Positions 20,121-29,573 of a DNA stretch of 64,000 bases are shown here, in pieces (position 1 is the first letter of the stretch; each line of letters begins with the position of its first letter). Source of the stretch: a virus. Lineage: Duplodnaviria > Caudoviricetes. The stretch is from the IMG/VR virus record IMGVR_UViG_3300028888_000049; one strand, 5' to 3'. The notes beneath the pieces are model-generated. The model was not told the origin of the DNA, ran no database searches, and saw only the letters and a program-made list of their open reading frames with translations. Made by a program: the position numbers and the translations under genes.

Positions 20121-20522
20121 ATGAAATTATTTAATTTATTCAAAAAGAAAAGCAAAGATATAATATCTTATGACTTAAATACTATATTATCTAATAAAAA
20201 AGTATTTGGTTGGGGTGATGTATATGAAGCTATTGGTATGATGAATGAAGTAAATGCTATTAATGAAAAAGAAACAGGAAAATACCATTATAAAAATATT
20301 CGCGCTAATGAAAATACTATTAGAAAGATTGAAGATCTTACTTTAGATAATTTAATCAATACAAAAAATAAATTTTCTAAAATGTATAAACCAGAATATT
20401 TAAAGCGTAAGCACGCTATGGATTCTCTTTGTTGGGCTCCGTTTAGTGATAAAACAATTAAAGATGATGTTATTATCATGCTTTTACCTAAACATAAAGA
20501 TTTTACAAAAGGATTTGAATAA
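20121..20522 (+). CDS. hypothetical protein
   Basis: AGGAG RBS. Confidence 0.65.
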   Translation: MKLFNLFKKKSKDIISYDLNTILSNKKVFGWGDVYEAIGMMNEVNAINEKETGKYHYKNIRANENTIRKIEDLTLDNLINTKNKFSKMYKPEYLKRKHAMDSLCWAPFSDKTIKDDVIIMLLPKHKDFTKGFE

Positions 20523-20704
20523 TGACAGAAACTGAAGAAAATAAAGAAAAGAGTTTATCTGATATTTTAGGAATGAGTTTTAAAGAAGATGGTTCTTGGG
20601 AAGCTAAAGATATTGGTGAAACTCCAGTTTATCGTAAATTAAATAGAAAAGAACGTAGAATACAAAAAGCAACATTGAGAAAGATATCTAAAAGGAAAAA
20701 ATAA
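20522..20704 (+). CDS. small basic hypothetical protein
   Basis: Coupled TAATG junctions. Confidence 0.6.
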   Translation: MTETEENKEKSLSDILGMSFKEDGSWEAKDIGETPVYRKLNRKERRIQKATLRKISKRKK

Positions 20705-21153
20705 TGTACGTTAATGTAGATGTTTATGATTATGTAGACGCTGATGTAGAAATAAACGAATCCTTTATTGATAAATTACAAGAAAGATTAGAATACTTTG
20801 TTGTAAAGAATTTTGAAAAAGAAGAAGATCGTGATAAGTATCAAGAACATATAGACGCTATTGTAGAGTTATTACAAAAAGAACAATATAATAATTATTC
20901 ATTACCTGATGTAAGTATTTATATTGATCAAGTAGATGTAGATGATGATAATATTCCTGAAAAAGATAATTATGGTAATGGATATGATGATGCTAAAAAT
21001 GAATTTGAACAATATAAAGATAGACTAAAATCTATAAAATCACCATTGTTGTTAAAAATTGAAAGAAAAGCATATAATTATGGTAAGCAAGAAGAAATCA
21101 CAAGAGAAGATTGTAAAGAATTAAGTAAATTATTCGAAAGCGGATATTTTTAA
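20704..21153 (+). CDS. acidic hypothetical protein
   Basis: Coupled ORF. Confidence 0.6.
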   Translation: MYVNVDVYDYVDADVEINESFIDKLQERLEYFVVKNFEKEEDRDKYQEHIDAIVELLQKEQYNNYSLPDVSIYIDQVDVDDDNIPEKDNYGNGYDDAKNEFEQYKDRLKSIKSPLLLKIERKAYNYGKQEEITREDCKELSKLFESGYF

Positions 21154-22131
21154 ATGGTAAAAATAAGAATAATATCAGATTTGCATTATACAAGAGGCAT
21201 TAATGGTCCGGATTATGATAAAACGTATAAACAATCTGGTTTATGGCATTATTTTGGTAAAAAATTACAAGAAGATGTTGATTATACTTTAATTGCAGGT
21301 GATATATGTGAAGGTATAGAAAAGCATAAAGAGTTTTTTGAAGCTTTCTTTCCTATGAAAAGAGTAGTTTTTGTAGACGGTAATCATGTTTGTTATAAAG
21401 AAGGATTACCGTCACTTTCTGAAATTAAACAACAACTAAAAGATGAATTTCCTATAGATCATATATTTTGGCATTATTTAGAAAATGATTGGTATCAATT
21501 AGACACTAATATATATGTTATTGGTAGTACTTTTTATACTGATTATAATTACTGTGATTTAACTTTAGAAGAAATGAATAAACATAAAAAAGCATGGGAA
21601 GATTGTGTTGCTTTATGGTTAAGAAAACCTGAAGAATTTGTACCTTATGAAAAACTTACTAAAAGTATTATAAGATATGAGACAATGTTTGTTGCTTCTG
21701 ATAGATTAAATGATTTTAGATGGGGTTATGAAACAAAAGGATTACATTTAACACCAGAATATTATCTTAAATTACATAAATTAGCTAAAAAAGAAGTAAA
21801 AAGATGCCATGATGAAATAGTAGCTTTAAATCCTGTTGCTAAAATAATACTTATGACTCATCATTGTTTATCACCAAAAACTATTAGTGAAAAATATAGA
21901 AAAGGTCTTATGAATGCCAGTTATACTTCAGATCTCGAAAAATGGGTTGATAAAGAATTACCTAATGTTAGATTAGTTGTTTCTGGTCATGTACATAATA
22001 GGTGTGATTTTACATTTGGTAAAAGAAAAGTTAGATATATAGTAAATCCTTGTGGCTATATTAATTATCATGAACCGTTCGATGAACCTAAGTTTAATCC
22101 AAATTTAATAATTGATACTAAAAACTTATAA
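21154..22131 (+). CDS. calcineurin-like metallophosphoesterase
   Basis: SDLH, AGD, GNH, THH, GHVH motifs. Confidence 0.9.
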   Translation: MVKIRIISDLHYTRGINGPDYDKTYKQSGLWHYFGKKLQEDVDYTLIAGDICEGIEKHKEFFEAFFPMKRVVFVDGNHVCYKEGLPSLSEIKQQLKDEFPIDHIFWHYLENDWYQLDTNIYVIGSTFYTDYNYCDLTLEEMNKHKKAWEDCVALWLRKPEEFVPYEKLTKSIIRYETMFVASDRLNDFRWGYETKGLHLTPEYYLKLHKLAKKEVKRCHDEIVALNPVAKIILMTHHCLSPKTISEKYRKGLMNASYTSDLEKWVDKELPNVRLVVSGHVHNRCDFTFGKRKVRYIVNPCGYINYHEPFDEPKFNPNLIIDTKNL

Positions 22132-22145
22132 TAAGGAGAATACAT

Positions 22146-22754
22146 ATGGAAGTAGTATATTCAGAACAAGATCAAAATTTGATTTTAGTGCATTTAGACG
22201 AAGAAACAAAAGCGAATTTAGATGAAGTGGTTACAGATTTAAAAGCTTTAACTACTTTTGAAAATGTAACAGATATTATTGATGAAAATATTGTAGAAAA
22301 GTATTTAGAAGATCATAATATCAGTTTAGCTAAAGGTTTTAAAGGTCAAGTTGGTACACCTTATGCTGTAATGCGATATATTACTTTATATAATCAAAGT
22401 ATAGAAATGATTAATAAAGTACAAGAAGATTTAAATACTTTGATTACTATGCCCAATATAAAGTATATTCTTTATAAAGACTTATCAAATAAAGTTACGT
22501 TTTATAAAGTACTCAAGGAAAACAGTGATGAAAAACCACAGAATTTAGATGTACGTTATAGATATGATGATGAAGATGATACAATTATTTATTCATTACC
22601 TGCTACTTCATTTAGCTGGGATATATCAAAATCACAATTAAAAGCATTACTCGAAAATAAAGAACTTCCAGTTGCTGTATCTGCAAGTAAAAATAATAAA
22701 GAAGATGTTTCATTAACATATAATGGTATTAAAATTACTGTTACAAAAGCTTGA
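22146..22754 (+). CDS. hypothetical protein
   Basis: AGGAG RBS. Confidence 0.65.
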   Translation: MEVVYSEQDQNLILVHLDEETKANLDEVVTDLKALTTFENVTDIIDENIVEKYLEDHNISLAKGFKGQVGTPYAVMRYITLYNQSIEMINKVQEDLNTLITMPNIKYILYKDLSNKVTFYKVLKENSDEKPQNLDVRYRYDDEDDTIIYSLPATSFSWDISKSQLKALLENKELPVAVSASKNNKEDVSLTYNGIKITVTKA

Positions 22755-22899
22755 TATTAAAAAAAATAAACTATTTGGAAATTTAATGTGAATAATTTTT
22801 AATTAATGACTTTACTGTTTTATTATTTGTATTATTATTAAAAATGTAATAAGGTTATCTTATTTTAACTTAATGTTTTTACAAACAAAGGAGTAAGAA

Positions 22900-23298
22900 G
22901 TGGGGACAGTAAAAATCAGAATGAATACTTGGTCACGCTGTGGAAATCGAGAAACGAAATTTAAGCGTAACATAGCTGCTAGAGATGGCTTTATAGATTA
23001 TGATAAGCAATCTAAAAAAGTTATTTTTAAGCCAACAGAATGGAAATGGAAAGCATATGATACATCAATTCCACGCCGTTCAGATAGAGATTATATCGCA
23101 AATAAAAGAGAAAGTTATTCTGGATTATGTTTTTCGTCTAAAAGTGATGCTGAATACTTTATGAAAAAACATAAGACTGAATTAGATGCAATAGCAGCAG
23201 AAAATCCTTTATTTGATAGATGGACAGTTATGAATTGCATATCACGCTTTAAACCAAATCATATAGAATTATACGGTAAAGATATTATTGAAGATTAA
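22900..23298 (+). CDS. hypothetical protein
   Basis: AAGGAG RBS, GTG start. Confidence 0.6.
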   Translation: MGTVKIRMNTWSRCGNRETKFKRNIAARDGFIDYDKQSKKVIFKPTEWKWKAYDTSIPRRSDRDYIANKRESYSGLCFSSKSDAEYFMKKHKTELDAIAAENPLFDRWTVMNCISRFKPNHIELYGKDIIED

Positions 23299-23366
23299 AA
23301 ATCCATAAATATTATCTACCTATCGAAAACAAAGCATTTACAATTTCAAAGGGAGAAATAGAAAAG

Positions 23367-23759
23367 ATGCGAGGCACAATAGGTTACAAACAAACAAAGG
23401 AATATTTTAATAGTGTTCCACAAATAAATTCAAAAATAGATGATTTGTCTGAAGTTTCGACAAGTTATTATGATCCAAAAGCACCAAAAACTAATGATAT
23501 TAAAGCTTTTCTAAAAAGACCAGTGAGATATCATTTTGCTATGACTGAAAAAAAACCTGGTTCAGTTACATTATTTCATCATTCATGTTATTTTGATAAT
23601 AAAGATGAAGCTTTAAAAGCACATCAGCAATTCAAACTACAAGTATATGATCAGCGAGTATCTAAGTATTTAAATAAGATTAATGAAGGCAAACAACTTT
23701 CTGTAGTCGATCAAATAGAATTATTGAATATCATCGACAGTCCACTCTTTTCCAAGTAG
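23367..23759 (+). CDS. hypothetical protein
   Basis: GGGAG RBS. Confidence 0.6.
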   Translation: MRGTIGYKQTKEYFNSVPQINSKIDDLSEVSTSYYDPKAPKTNDIKAFLKRPVRYHFAMTEKKPGSVTLFHHSCYFDNKDEALKAHQQFKLQVYDQRVSKYLNKINEGKQLSVVDQIELLNIIDSPLFSK

Positions 23760-24212
23760 ACTAGATTCTCTTTCAGAGGCTAATTTACGTAATTTTGTTT
23801 TACGTATTTTAGCCTTTTTTAATTTACTGTCAGCTTCTGTTGTATCTATTTCTATTTTTTGTGGAATATAATTAGGATCTTTTTCTTTAGCTCTTTTTTC
23901 TCGCATATATTGTCTTTGGTATTCATTATAAGTACCTTTTTTCTTTCTCCATTTATAAATATGTTTTTTAGCTTCTTTATAAGTAGGAGTATGAGCTTTT
24001 GATTTTCTATTTTTATTTTTTTCTTTTCTAATAGCTCTTTTTAATTTACCTATTAATACAGGATTTAATCTTTCAACACCACTAGTTAAATCTTTATAAT
24101 CAATACTATGACGTGCCTCTGTATCATCTTTAATACTTAACTTATGTAAAGTATCGTATTTTGGATCTTCTAATATATCGATAACAACATCTAAAACATC
24201 TTGTAATCTCAT
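23721..24212 (-). CDS. basic hypothetical protein
   Basis: ORF coupled to upstream gene. Confidence 0.55.
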   Translation of the reverse strand: MRLQDVLDVVIDILEDPKYDTLHKLSIKDDTEARHSIDYKDLTSGVERLNPVLIGKLKRAIRKEKNKNRKSKAHTPTYKEAKKHIYKWRKKKGTYNEYQRQYMREKRAKEKDPNYIPQKIEIDTTEADSKLKKAKIRKTKLRKLASERESSLLGKEWTVDDIQ

Positions 24213-24673
24213 ACTAATTCTTTCCCTGGTATAAATGTTCTACATGCAAATTTATTCTTTTTAAAATCAATTTCCCAACAATATCTAACTTGAAATCCTA
24301 AATTATGAAATAACATAAAACGAGCTTTAGTATCTTCATATAATTGTCCATATGTTTTTTTACACGTAGGATTTAATTCATTCCATCTTTTTGCATATAA
24401 TCTTGGATCAGCATGATAATATGTACCTAAAAATTCCCAGATTATTCTATTTCTACTATCAAAACCATCAACAATATAAACTTTATTTCCGAAACCATGA
24501 ATTACTTTACTTCTTTCAGGTACTCCTAAATTTGTAAGCCAAATGTCTTCTTCATGACTTTGCCCATGACGTAATCGTGTTTGTCCTACTTGAACAAATC
24601 CTACTTTTGGTTTTTTAGGCATGAAAAATGTCTTTTTTCTAGTTTTATATTTACCTAATGCTGGCTTTCTCAT
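24209..24673 (-). CDS. Vsr/DUF559-like endonuclease
   Basis: VDG...EFLGTYYH...CWE motif. Confidence 0.7.
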   Translation of the reverse strand: MRKPALGKYKTRKKTFFMPKKPKVGFVQVGQTRLRHGQSHEEDIWLTNLGVPERSKVIHGFGNKVYIVDGFDSRNRIIWEFLGTYYHADPRLYAKRWNELNPTCKKTYGQLYEDTKARFMLFHNLGFQVRYCWEIDFKKNKFACRTFIPGKELV

Positions 24674-24756
24674 AATATTTCCTTATTTTTATTATTTATT
24701 TAATAGAACTTGCAAAAATTATTCTATTTTTCAGAAAAAATGTAGTTCTATATAAA

Positions 24757-24822
24757 TGTATGGTGTCATGAACATGAGCTATACAAAGAACTTAAATTGC
24801 TAACAACTTAGGATTTAATAAA
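24757..24822 (+). promoter_or_regulatory. ROSE-like RNA thermometer in hsp20 5' UTR
   Basis: UUGCU (24797-24801) pairs with SD AGGA (24810-24813) with bulged G; upstream stable hairpin. Confidence 0.65.
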
Positions 24823-25326
24823 ATGAAAAATACTTTAATGATGCCTATGCGAGGCTATTTAGATCGCATGATTGATTCTCCGTTTAATTCTTTTATTGAT
24901 GATTTCTTTAATGATACATTACCAGTAAATCTATTTAAAGATCAAGATAATTTTCCAAAATATAATATTAAAAAAGTAATTGCTAAAGACCAACAAAGTA
25001 CTGATAAAGATGTATACTTTGAACCGAATAGCTTTATTATCGAACTAGCTTTGGCTGGATTGAAAAAAGAAGACTTTCAAGTATATACAGAAAAAGGTAT
25101 TCTTGTTGTTAAATCAATTTGTAAAGCTGGTAAAATCTCAGATCAATTACGTGACGAAGATTTATACATTCGTCGAGGAATTAAGGAAAGAGATTTTATT
25201 TGGAAAATGAATTTGCCAAAATATGCAGAAGTAACTGATACTTCATTTGTAAATGGATTACTTTCTATTAAGGTAGAAGTAAAAGTTCCAGAAGAACAGC
25301 AACGCAAATTAATTGAAATTAAATAA
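24823..25326 (+). CDS. small heat shock protein (Hsp20/IbpA family)
   Basis: FPKYNI, IELALAG, YIRRGI, NGLLSI, IEI tail. Confidence 0.92.
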   Translation: MKNTLMMPMRGYLDRMIDSPFNSFIDDFFNDTLPVNLFKDQDNFPKYNIKKVIAKDQQSTDKDVYFEPNSFIIELALAGLKKEDFQVYTEKGILVVKSICKAGKISDQLRDEDLYIRRGIKERDFIWKMNLPKYAEVTDTSFVNGLLSIKVEVKVPEEQQRKLIEIK

Positions 25327-25344
25327 TAAGTTATAAAAGGGTGT

Positions 25345-25389
25345 AATAAGGTCTTGCTGATAACTATTTATTGACAAGGCCTTATTTTT
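25345..25389 (+). terminator. intrinsic terminator after hsp20
   Basis: aataaggtcttg...caaggccttatt plus T run. Confidence 0.65.
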
Positions 25390-25446
25390 GACTTTACATT
25401 TAATGTAACTTATTATATATAATTATATCAAATGAAAGGTGTTGTC

Positions 25447-25851
25447 ATGTTAAAATATTTTAAATATCGTAAACTAAATAAATTTTTTAAAAATACTATT
25501 AATGAATTACCAGTGAAATATTCATCTGATGAAGATATTGATAAATTACGCAATATATTAGTACAATTAGCAGAAATAGCAACTGATAATAATATTTTAA
25601 TAGAGAATTGTGGTAAAGGTCTATCAGAAGAAGAAAAAGATACACTGTTTTTAAAATGGGCTAACTCATTAAATATATTTTGTAGTTATTGTAGTAAATA
25701 TGCGTCTAAAGCGTTTACAAAAGTATTAGATAAAAATACAGAATTAGAGCCACAAGAGTTACTGGAATATTGTGTAATTGTACCATCAGAATTAGATTCA
25801 TATAGTAAAATTATTTCAAATTGCATTATAATATTAAAGGCTTTACGCTAA
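25447..25851 (+). CDS. hypothetical protein
   Basis: AAGG RBS, early promoter at 25393. Confidence 0.6.
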   Translation: MLKYFKYRKLNKFFKNTINELPVKYSSDEDIDKLRNILVQLAEIATDNNILIENCGKGLSEEEKDTLFLKWANSLNIFCSYCSKYASKAFTKVLDKNTELEPQELLEYCVIVPSELDSYSKIISNCIIILKALR

Positions 25852-25860
25852 GGGGTAAAA

Positions 25861-26883
25861 ATGGTAAGTAAAAAAGAAAAAGATCAGATTATTGATAACT
25901 TTGAAAAATGGTTAAATACGTTTAATGAATCACAATCAGGAAAAGAACTCTGCAAATTAATAAGTGAATTTATATCTGCTAAATTTACTCAAATTATGCC
26001 AGATAATATGAAAAAAGATGCGGAAAATGATTCAGATGATAATGCAAATAAACCACATATTGTCATGATGGGAAATCCAAGTATGTTAGATATGCTTCCT
26101 CCAGAAATGAGAGATGCTATTCTAAAAGGAACAGTACCTAATAATGATGCAATCGATGAAGCTAAACCAGAAGTACCGTCTAAAGTATTATATGACTTTA
26201 ATATGGTTAATTGTAATGTTGATTTAAAAGAACTTACCAAAAAACTTAAAAAGAGTAAAATCACTAAATACGGTATCTTGCTATATGGTGTTTCAGGATC
26301 TGGTAAATCTCAGTTTGCTAAGTATTTGGCTCAAGAATTAGGAATGGGATTTATTAAAGAAAGAGCTTCAGATATTTTTGGTAAATTTGTTGGTGAATCA
26401 GAAGGTAATATTAAAAAAGCATTTAAAAAAGCTAAAGATACAAAATCAGTATTAGTATTTGATGAAGCAGATTCATTCTTATTTGATAGAAATATGGCAA
26501 GGCAAGCTCATGAAGTTTCACATACTAACGAACTGTTTGTAAACATGGAAGATCATCCCTATCCATTCGTAATGACTACTAACTTAAAAGATAAATTAGA
26601 TAAAGCTAGTATACGTCGTTTCTTATTCAAAGTTAAATTTGATTGGATGACTAAAGATAATATAAAAGCTGGTCTAAAAACATACTTTGGTAAAGAATAT
26701 AAGTTTACTAAAGAACAATATGATCAACTTAAATATATTTCAGCTGGTGATTTTGATATTGCCAAACAAAAATTAGATATCTTAGAAAATGGTGAATATA
26801 CATCAGATAAGATCTTTGAATATCTATTAGCAGAACAAAATGAAAAAGAAATAGAAGAAGGAACAGCAAGCATTGTATTTTGA
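25861..26883 (+). CDS. AAA+ ATPase (classical clade)
   Basis: GVSGSGKS, FDEAD, TTN, DKASIRRF. Confidence 0.9.
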   Translation: MVSKKEKDQIIDNFEKWLNTFNESQSGKELCKLISEFISAKFTQIMPDNMKKDAENDSDDNANKPHIVMMGNPSMLDMLPPEMRDAILKGTVPNNDAIDEAKPEVPSKVLYDFNMVNCNVDLKELTKKLKKSKITKYGILLYGVSGSGKSQFAKYLAQELGMGFIKERASDIFGKFVGESEGNIKKAFKKAKDTKSVLVFDEADSFLFDRNMARQAHEVSHTNELFVNMEDHPYPFVMTTNLKDKLDKASIRRFLFKVKFDWMTKDNIKAGLKTYFGKEYKFTKEQYDQLKYISAGDFDIAKQKLDILENGEYTSDKIFEYLLAEQNEKEIEEGTASIVF

Positions 26884-27196
26884 TGCAGAAGCTATATATG
26901 TAAAACCTAAAGATGATAAGTTTTATTGGGAATTGAAGGATTTACTAAATAAACATAGTATATCTATTTTTACAGTAGTACATAAAGATTTAAGGTATTG
27001 CTATGAATTACAGGATCTTTCACAAAATGAACATGAGCTTTTTATTGATACTGTTAAAAGTTTACAAAAAGAAGCTTCTGATATCGAATATAAATGTGTA
27101 TATAACTGTAAAATATTAAGATATTCATTATTAAAACCTTCTGAAAATGCAGATATAAACAATAAACTTCTTTTTATGCTCAAAACATATTTGTAA
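26873..27196 (+). CDS. hypothetical protein
   Basis: ORF in operon. Confidence 0.5.
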   Translation: MYFDAEAIYVKPKDDKFYWELKDLLNKHSISIFTVVHKDLRYCYELQDLSQNEHELFIDTVKSLQKEASDIEYKCVYNCKILRYSLLKPSENADINNKLLFMLKTYL

Positions 27197-27217
27197 AAGC
27201 TCGTAGGATGACCCGTA

Positions 27218-27571
27218 ATGATTAAAAAACTAAAATATATAATTGATACCATAAAAACATATAACGAGCGTGTACGGCTTTCTAAGGAGCTTAAAAGTTA
27301 TATTTCAAAAATAGAAGGAATATATTTAGTTATTCCACATAAAATCAGTCACTTTAATAACAATTTTAAATATACTATTAATAATCCATATCCTCTTATA
27401 GTTGAAGGAATGAATGCTAGAGCAAAAATACAAGAAATGTCTGACTATTTACATGTTAGAGTTATATCGAATCATACAATTTCTTTAAAAAATATAATTA
27501 TAACATATGAACCGTATTCAGCAGATATAGATCATTTTCTTATGTTAAAGAAAATACAAGGGGAATATTAA
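27218..27571 (+). CDS. hypothetical protein (paralog-like to 27571..28020)
   Basis: Similar KLK..I...YxER..SK.L pattern. Confidence 0.55.
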   Translation: MIKKLKYIIDTIKTYNERVRLSKELKSYISKIEGIYLVIPHKISHFNNNFKYTINNPYPLIVEGMNARAKIQEMSDYLHVRVISNHTISLKNIIITYEPYSADIDHFLMLKKIQGEY

Positions 27572-28020
27572 TGAAATTACTTGATAAACTTAAAGATATA
27601 ACTATATATTCTTTAAAAGTTCATAATTACAGAGAAAGAAAAGAATTCTCTAAAATATTACACGGTTTTCTAGTAAAATATAATATACCTAATAAAATAA
27701 TAGTACCTAGATTTAAAAACCAAATAATAATAGAATCTTTCAAAGTTAAATATGGTGTATCATCAAAAGTATCATTTGAATATGAATTAAATTTAAGTAC
27801 ATTCGAAGACGCTATAAAAATATATGGTATACCTTTCTATTACAATGAACAAAACTCAATAAAACAACCTTACTATAACACTATCACTCTAACAATAGAA
27901 TACTCACAATATATTCAAGACTTTGTAAAACTAACAACCATACAAGGCAAATATCCAAAAATAAACTACAGAATGCTTGAAGACTTTGGCATCGATAACT
28001 ACACTAAACCAGAGAATTAA
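27571..28020 (+). CDS. hypothetical protein
   Basis: Coupled ORF. Confidence 0.55.
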   Translation: MKLLDKLKDITIYSLKVHNYRERKEFSKILHGFLVKYNIPNKIIVPRFKNQIIIESFKVKYGVSSKVSFEYELNLSTFEDAIKIYGIPFYYNEQNSIKQPYYNTITLTIEYSQYIQDFVKLTTIQGKYPKINYRMLEDFGIDNYTKPEN

Positions 28021-28973
28021 AGATCAACACCTGTCTTTTGATTAAAACCAATACTAGAATCATATGATTTATAAAAATTGATCCAATATAACTTTCGTTC
28101 TTTTGCATTTTCTTTTGTACAGTATTCTATAACTTCTTTTTTAAACACACTTTTATCAAATCTACTTAGTGCATTTTTAAAATATGGATCAGAACTTAAT
28201 TTACAATCTATTCCATTAGTATAATCAACATGATAATCTATAAATATCTTATTAGTCTTTGTATTAGTAATTTTCATAATATAATACTTAGGAGTTATAG
28301 GATTTGGATTCATTTTACATCTAGCTACATGTTTATCATAATTACATTCTATTACTTCTTTACCACAATAAGGACATTTTAATCTAGGTATATTATTCAT
28401 TGCAATTTGTGTTTTATTAGAAATCTCTTTTTTCTTTTCATCAGACCATACAGTATTTTTATTTGTAGGAGGTAAACCTTCTCTAGAATTACATTTCTGT
28501 GCCCATTCTCTTGGCAAACCTCTAATCCAACCTTTAGGAGGTTCTTTTCCTTTTAATACTCTTGTAGCTTCGTTTGTTTCTGGATTATAATATACGCAAT
28601 GCCCTTTAAGTATTTCAGACTTCTTTAAAAATATTTCATTTTTATTTTGATTATTTGTATATGTATCACCACCATCACCACCACAAGCAATATTATATCC
28701 AATCGCAGTGTCTTTAGTGTTTAAAGTATCAATCCAATACTTTTCTCTTTCATTATGTATATATTCATCATCTTCAGATTCTTCTAATAATTCTATCTTA
28801 AAATTTTCCTTACCATATTTGCGAATAGCTTTTATTATAGGCATATTAACTTCAGTATGACTACTTGCTCTATAACAATGTACTTTAAATCGTTCTTCTA
28901 AAGAATTTTTTGTATAACCTACGTAAATTTTTCCATTTATTAAATTAGTTATTTTATATATCTTACTGCTCAT
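28017..28973 (-). CDS. free-standing GIY-YIG homing endonuclease (with degenerate second GIY-YIG module)
   Basis: KIYKITN...YVG...RF..H, GYN..GG, NUMOD3-like segment; start moved to ATG 28973. Confidence 0.88.
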   Translation of the reverse strand: MSSKIYKITNLINGKIYVGYTKNSLEERFKVHCYRASSHTEVNMPIIKAIRKYGKENFKIELLEESEDDEYIHNEREKYWIDTLNTKDTAIGYNIACGGDGGDTYTNNQNKNEIFLKKSEILKGHCVYYNPETNEATRVLKGKEPPKGWIRGLPREWAQKCNSREGLPPTNKNTVWSDEKKKEISNKTQIAMNNIPRLKCPYCGKEVIECNYDKHVARCKMNPNPITPKYYIMKITNTKTNKIFIDYHVDYTNGIDCKLSSDPYFKNALSRFDKSVFKKEVIEYCTKENAKERKLYWINFYKSYDSSIGFNQKTGVDL

Positions 28974-28976
28974 AAT

Positions 28977-29019
28977 AAAAAACTCCAGCATTCTATTTAT
29001 AACATTTAGAACACTGGAG
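28977..29019 (-). terminator. hairpin terminating nrdD, containing a class II promoter and occluding the endonuclease RBS
   Basis: ctccagtgttcta...tagaatgctggag plus T run on - strand. Confidence 0.65.
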
Positions 29020-29049
29020 GATCTATAATCTCAGAAAAAAGTTTAAGCT

Positions 29050-29484
29050 TTATTCGGATAATTGTTTATTTAAATCTTCTTGAGACGTAAACTTACGATT
29101 TGGAAAATCATATTCACGGCGAGGCTTAGACCATCCAGAAACCTTGGAGAAATAACCAATTATCCTTGTGTAAATATCTAACTTCTTTGATCCACATTCA
29201 GGACATGCATCTAATTTGCCTTTATGAACATGACCGCACTCCTTACACTCAATATAACATGAGTTCAGAGCGAAGTGTTCCATTCCTGCTTCAATGGCCT
29301 TCGCTATGAGACGCTTTGATTGAGTGGGAGTCATTGTACCATCTACATTACAATGCACGATTGATCCACCTGTCATCAACGCATTAATCTCACCATCTCT
29401 CTTCATCTTTTCAGCTAAAGTATGGTCTTCCCAAAGCGAAGTCCATTGATTAGCAAGTAATTCAGGCATTTTAAATTTTCTCAT
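29050..29484 (-). CDS. nrdD: anaerobic ribonucleotide reductase, C-terminal part (Zn ribbon plus glycyl-radical loop)
   Basis: GGSIVH, CKECG, CPECG, TRIIGYF; own GGAGA RBS. Confidence 0.9.
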   Translation of the reverse strand: MRKFKMPELLANQWTSLWEDHTLAEKMKRDGEINALMTGGSIVHCNVDGTMTPTQSKRLIAKAIEAGMEHFALNSCYIECKECGHVHKGKLDACPECGSKKLDIYTRIIGYFSKVSGWSKPRREYDFPNRKFTSQEDLNKQLSE

Positions 29485-29573
29485 TTTCTTTATTCTCCAA
29501 TATTTTGTTAAGTATTTAGTATAAAATAGTTACGAGCTGGAATATTGTCTAATATACCAGTCGAAGGAATTGC

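Noticed and set aside
29485-29573. Intron or translational bypass joining the nrdD halves
   Set aside because: 89 nt, no group I/II core, no GAT landing codon in the open part of the downstream frame, and a proper RBS is present.
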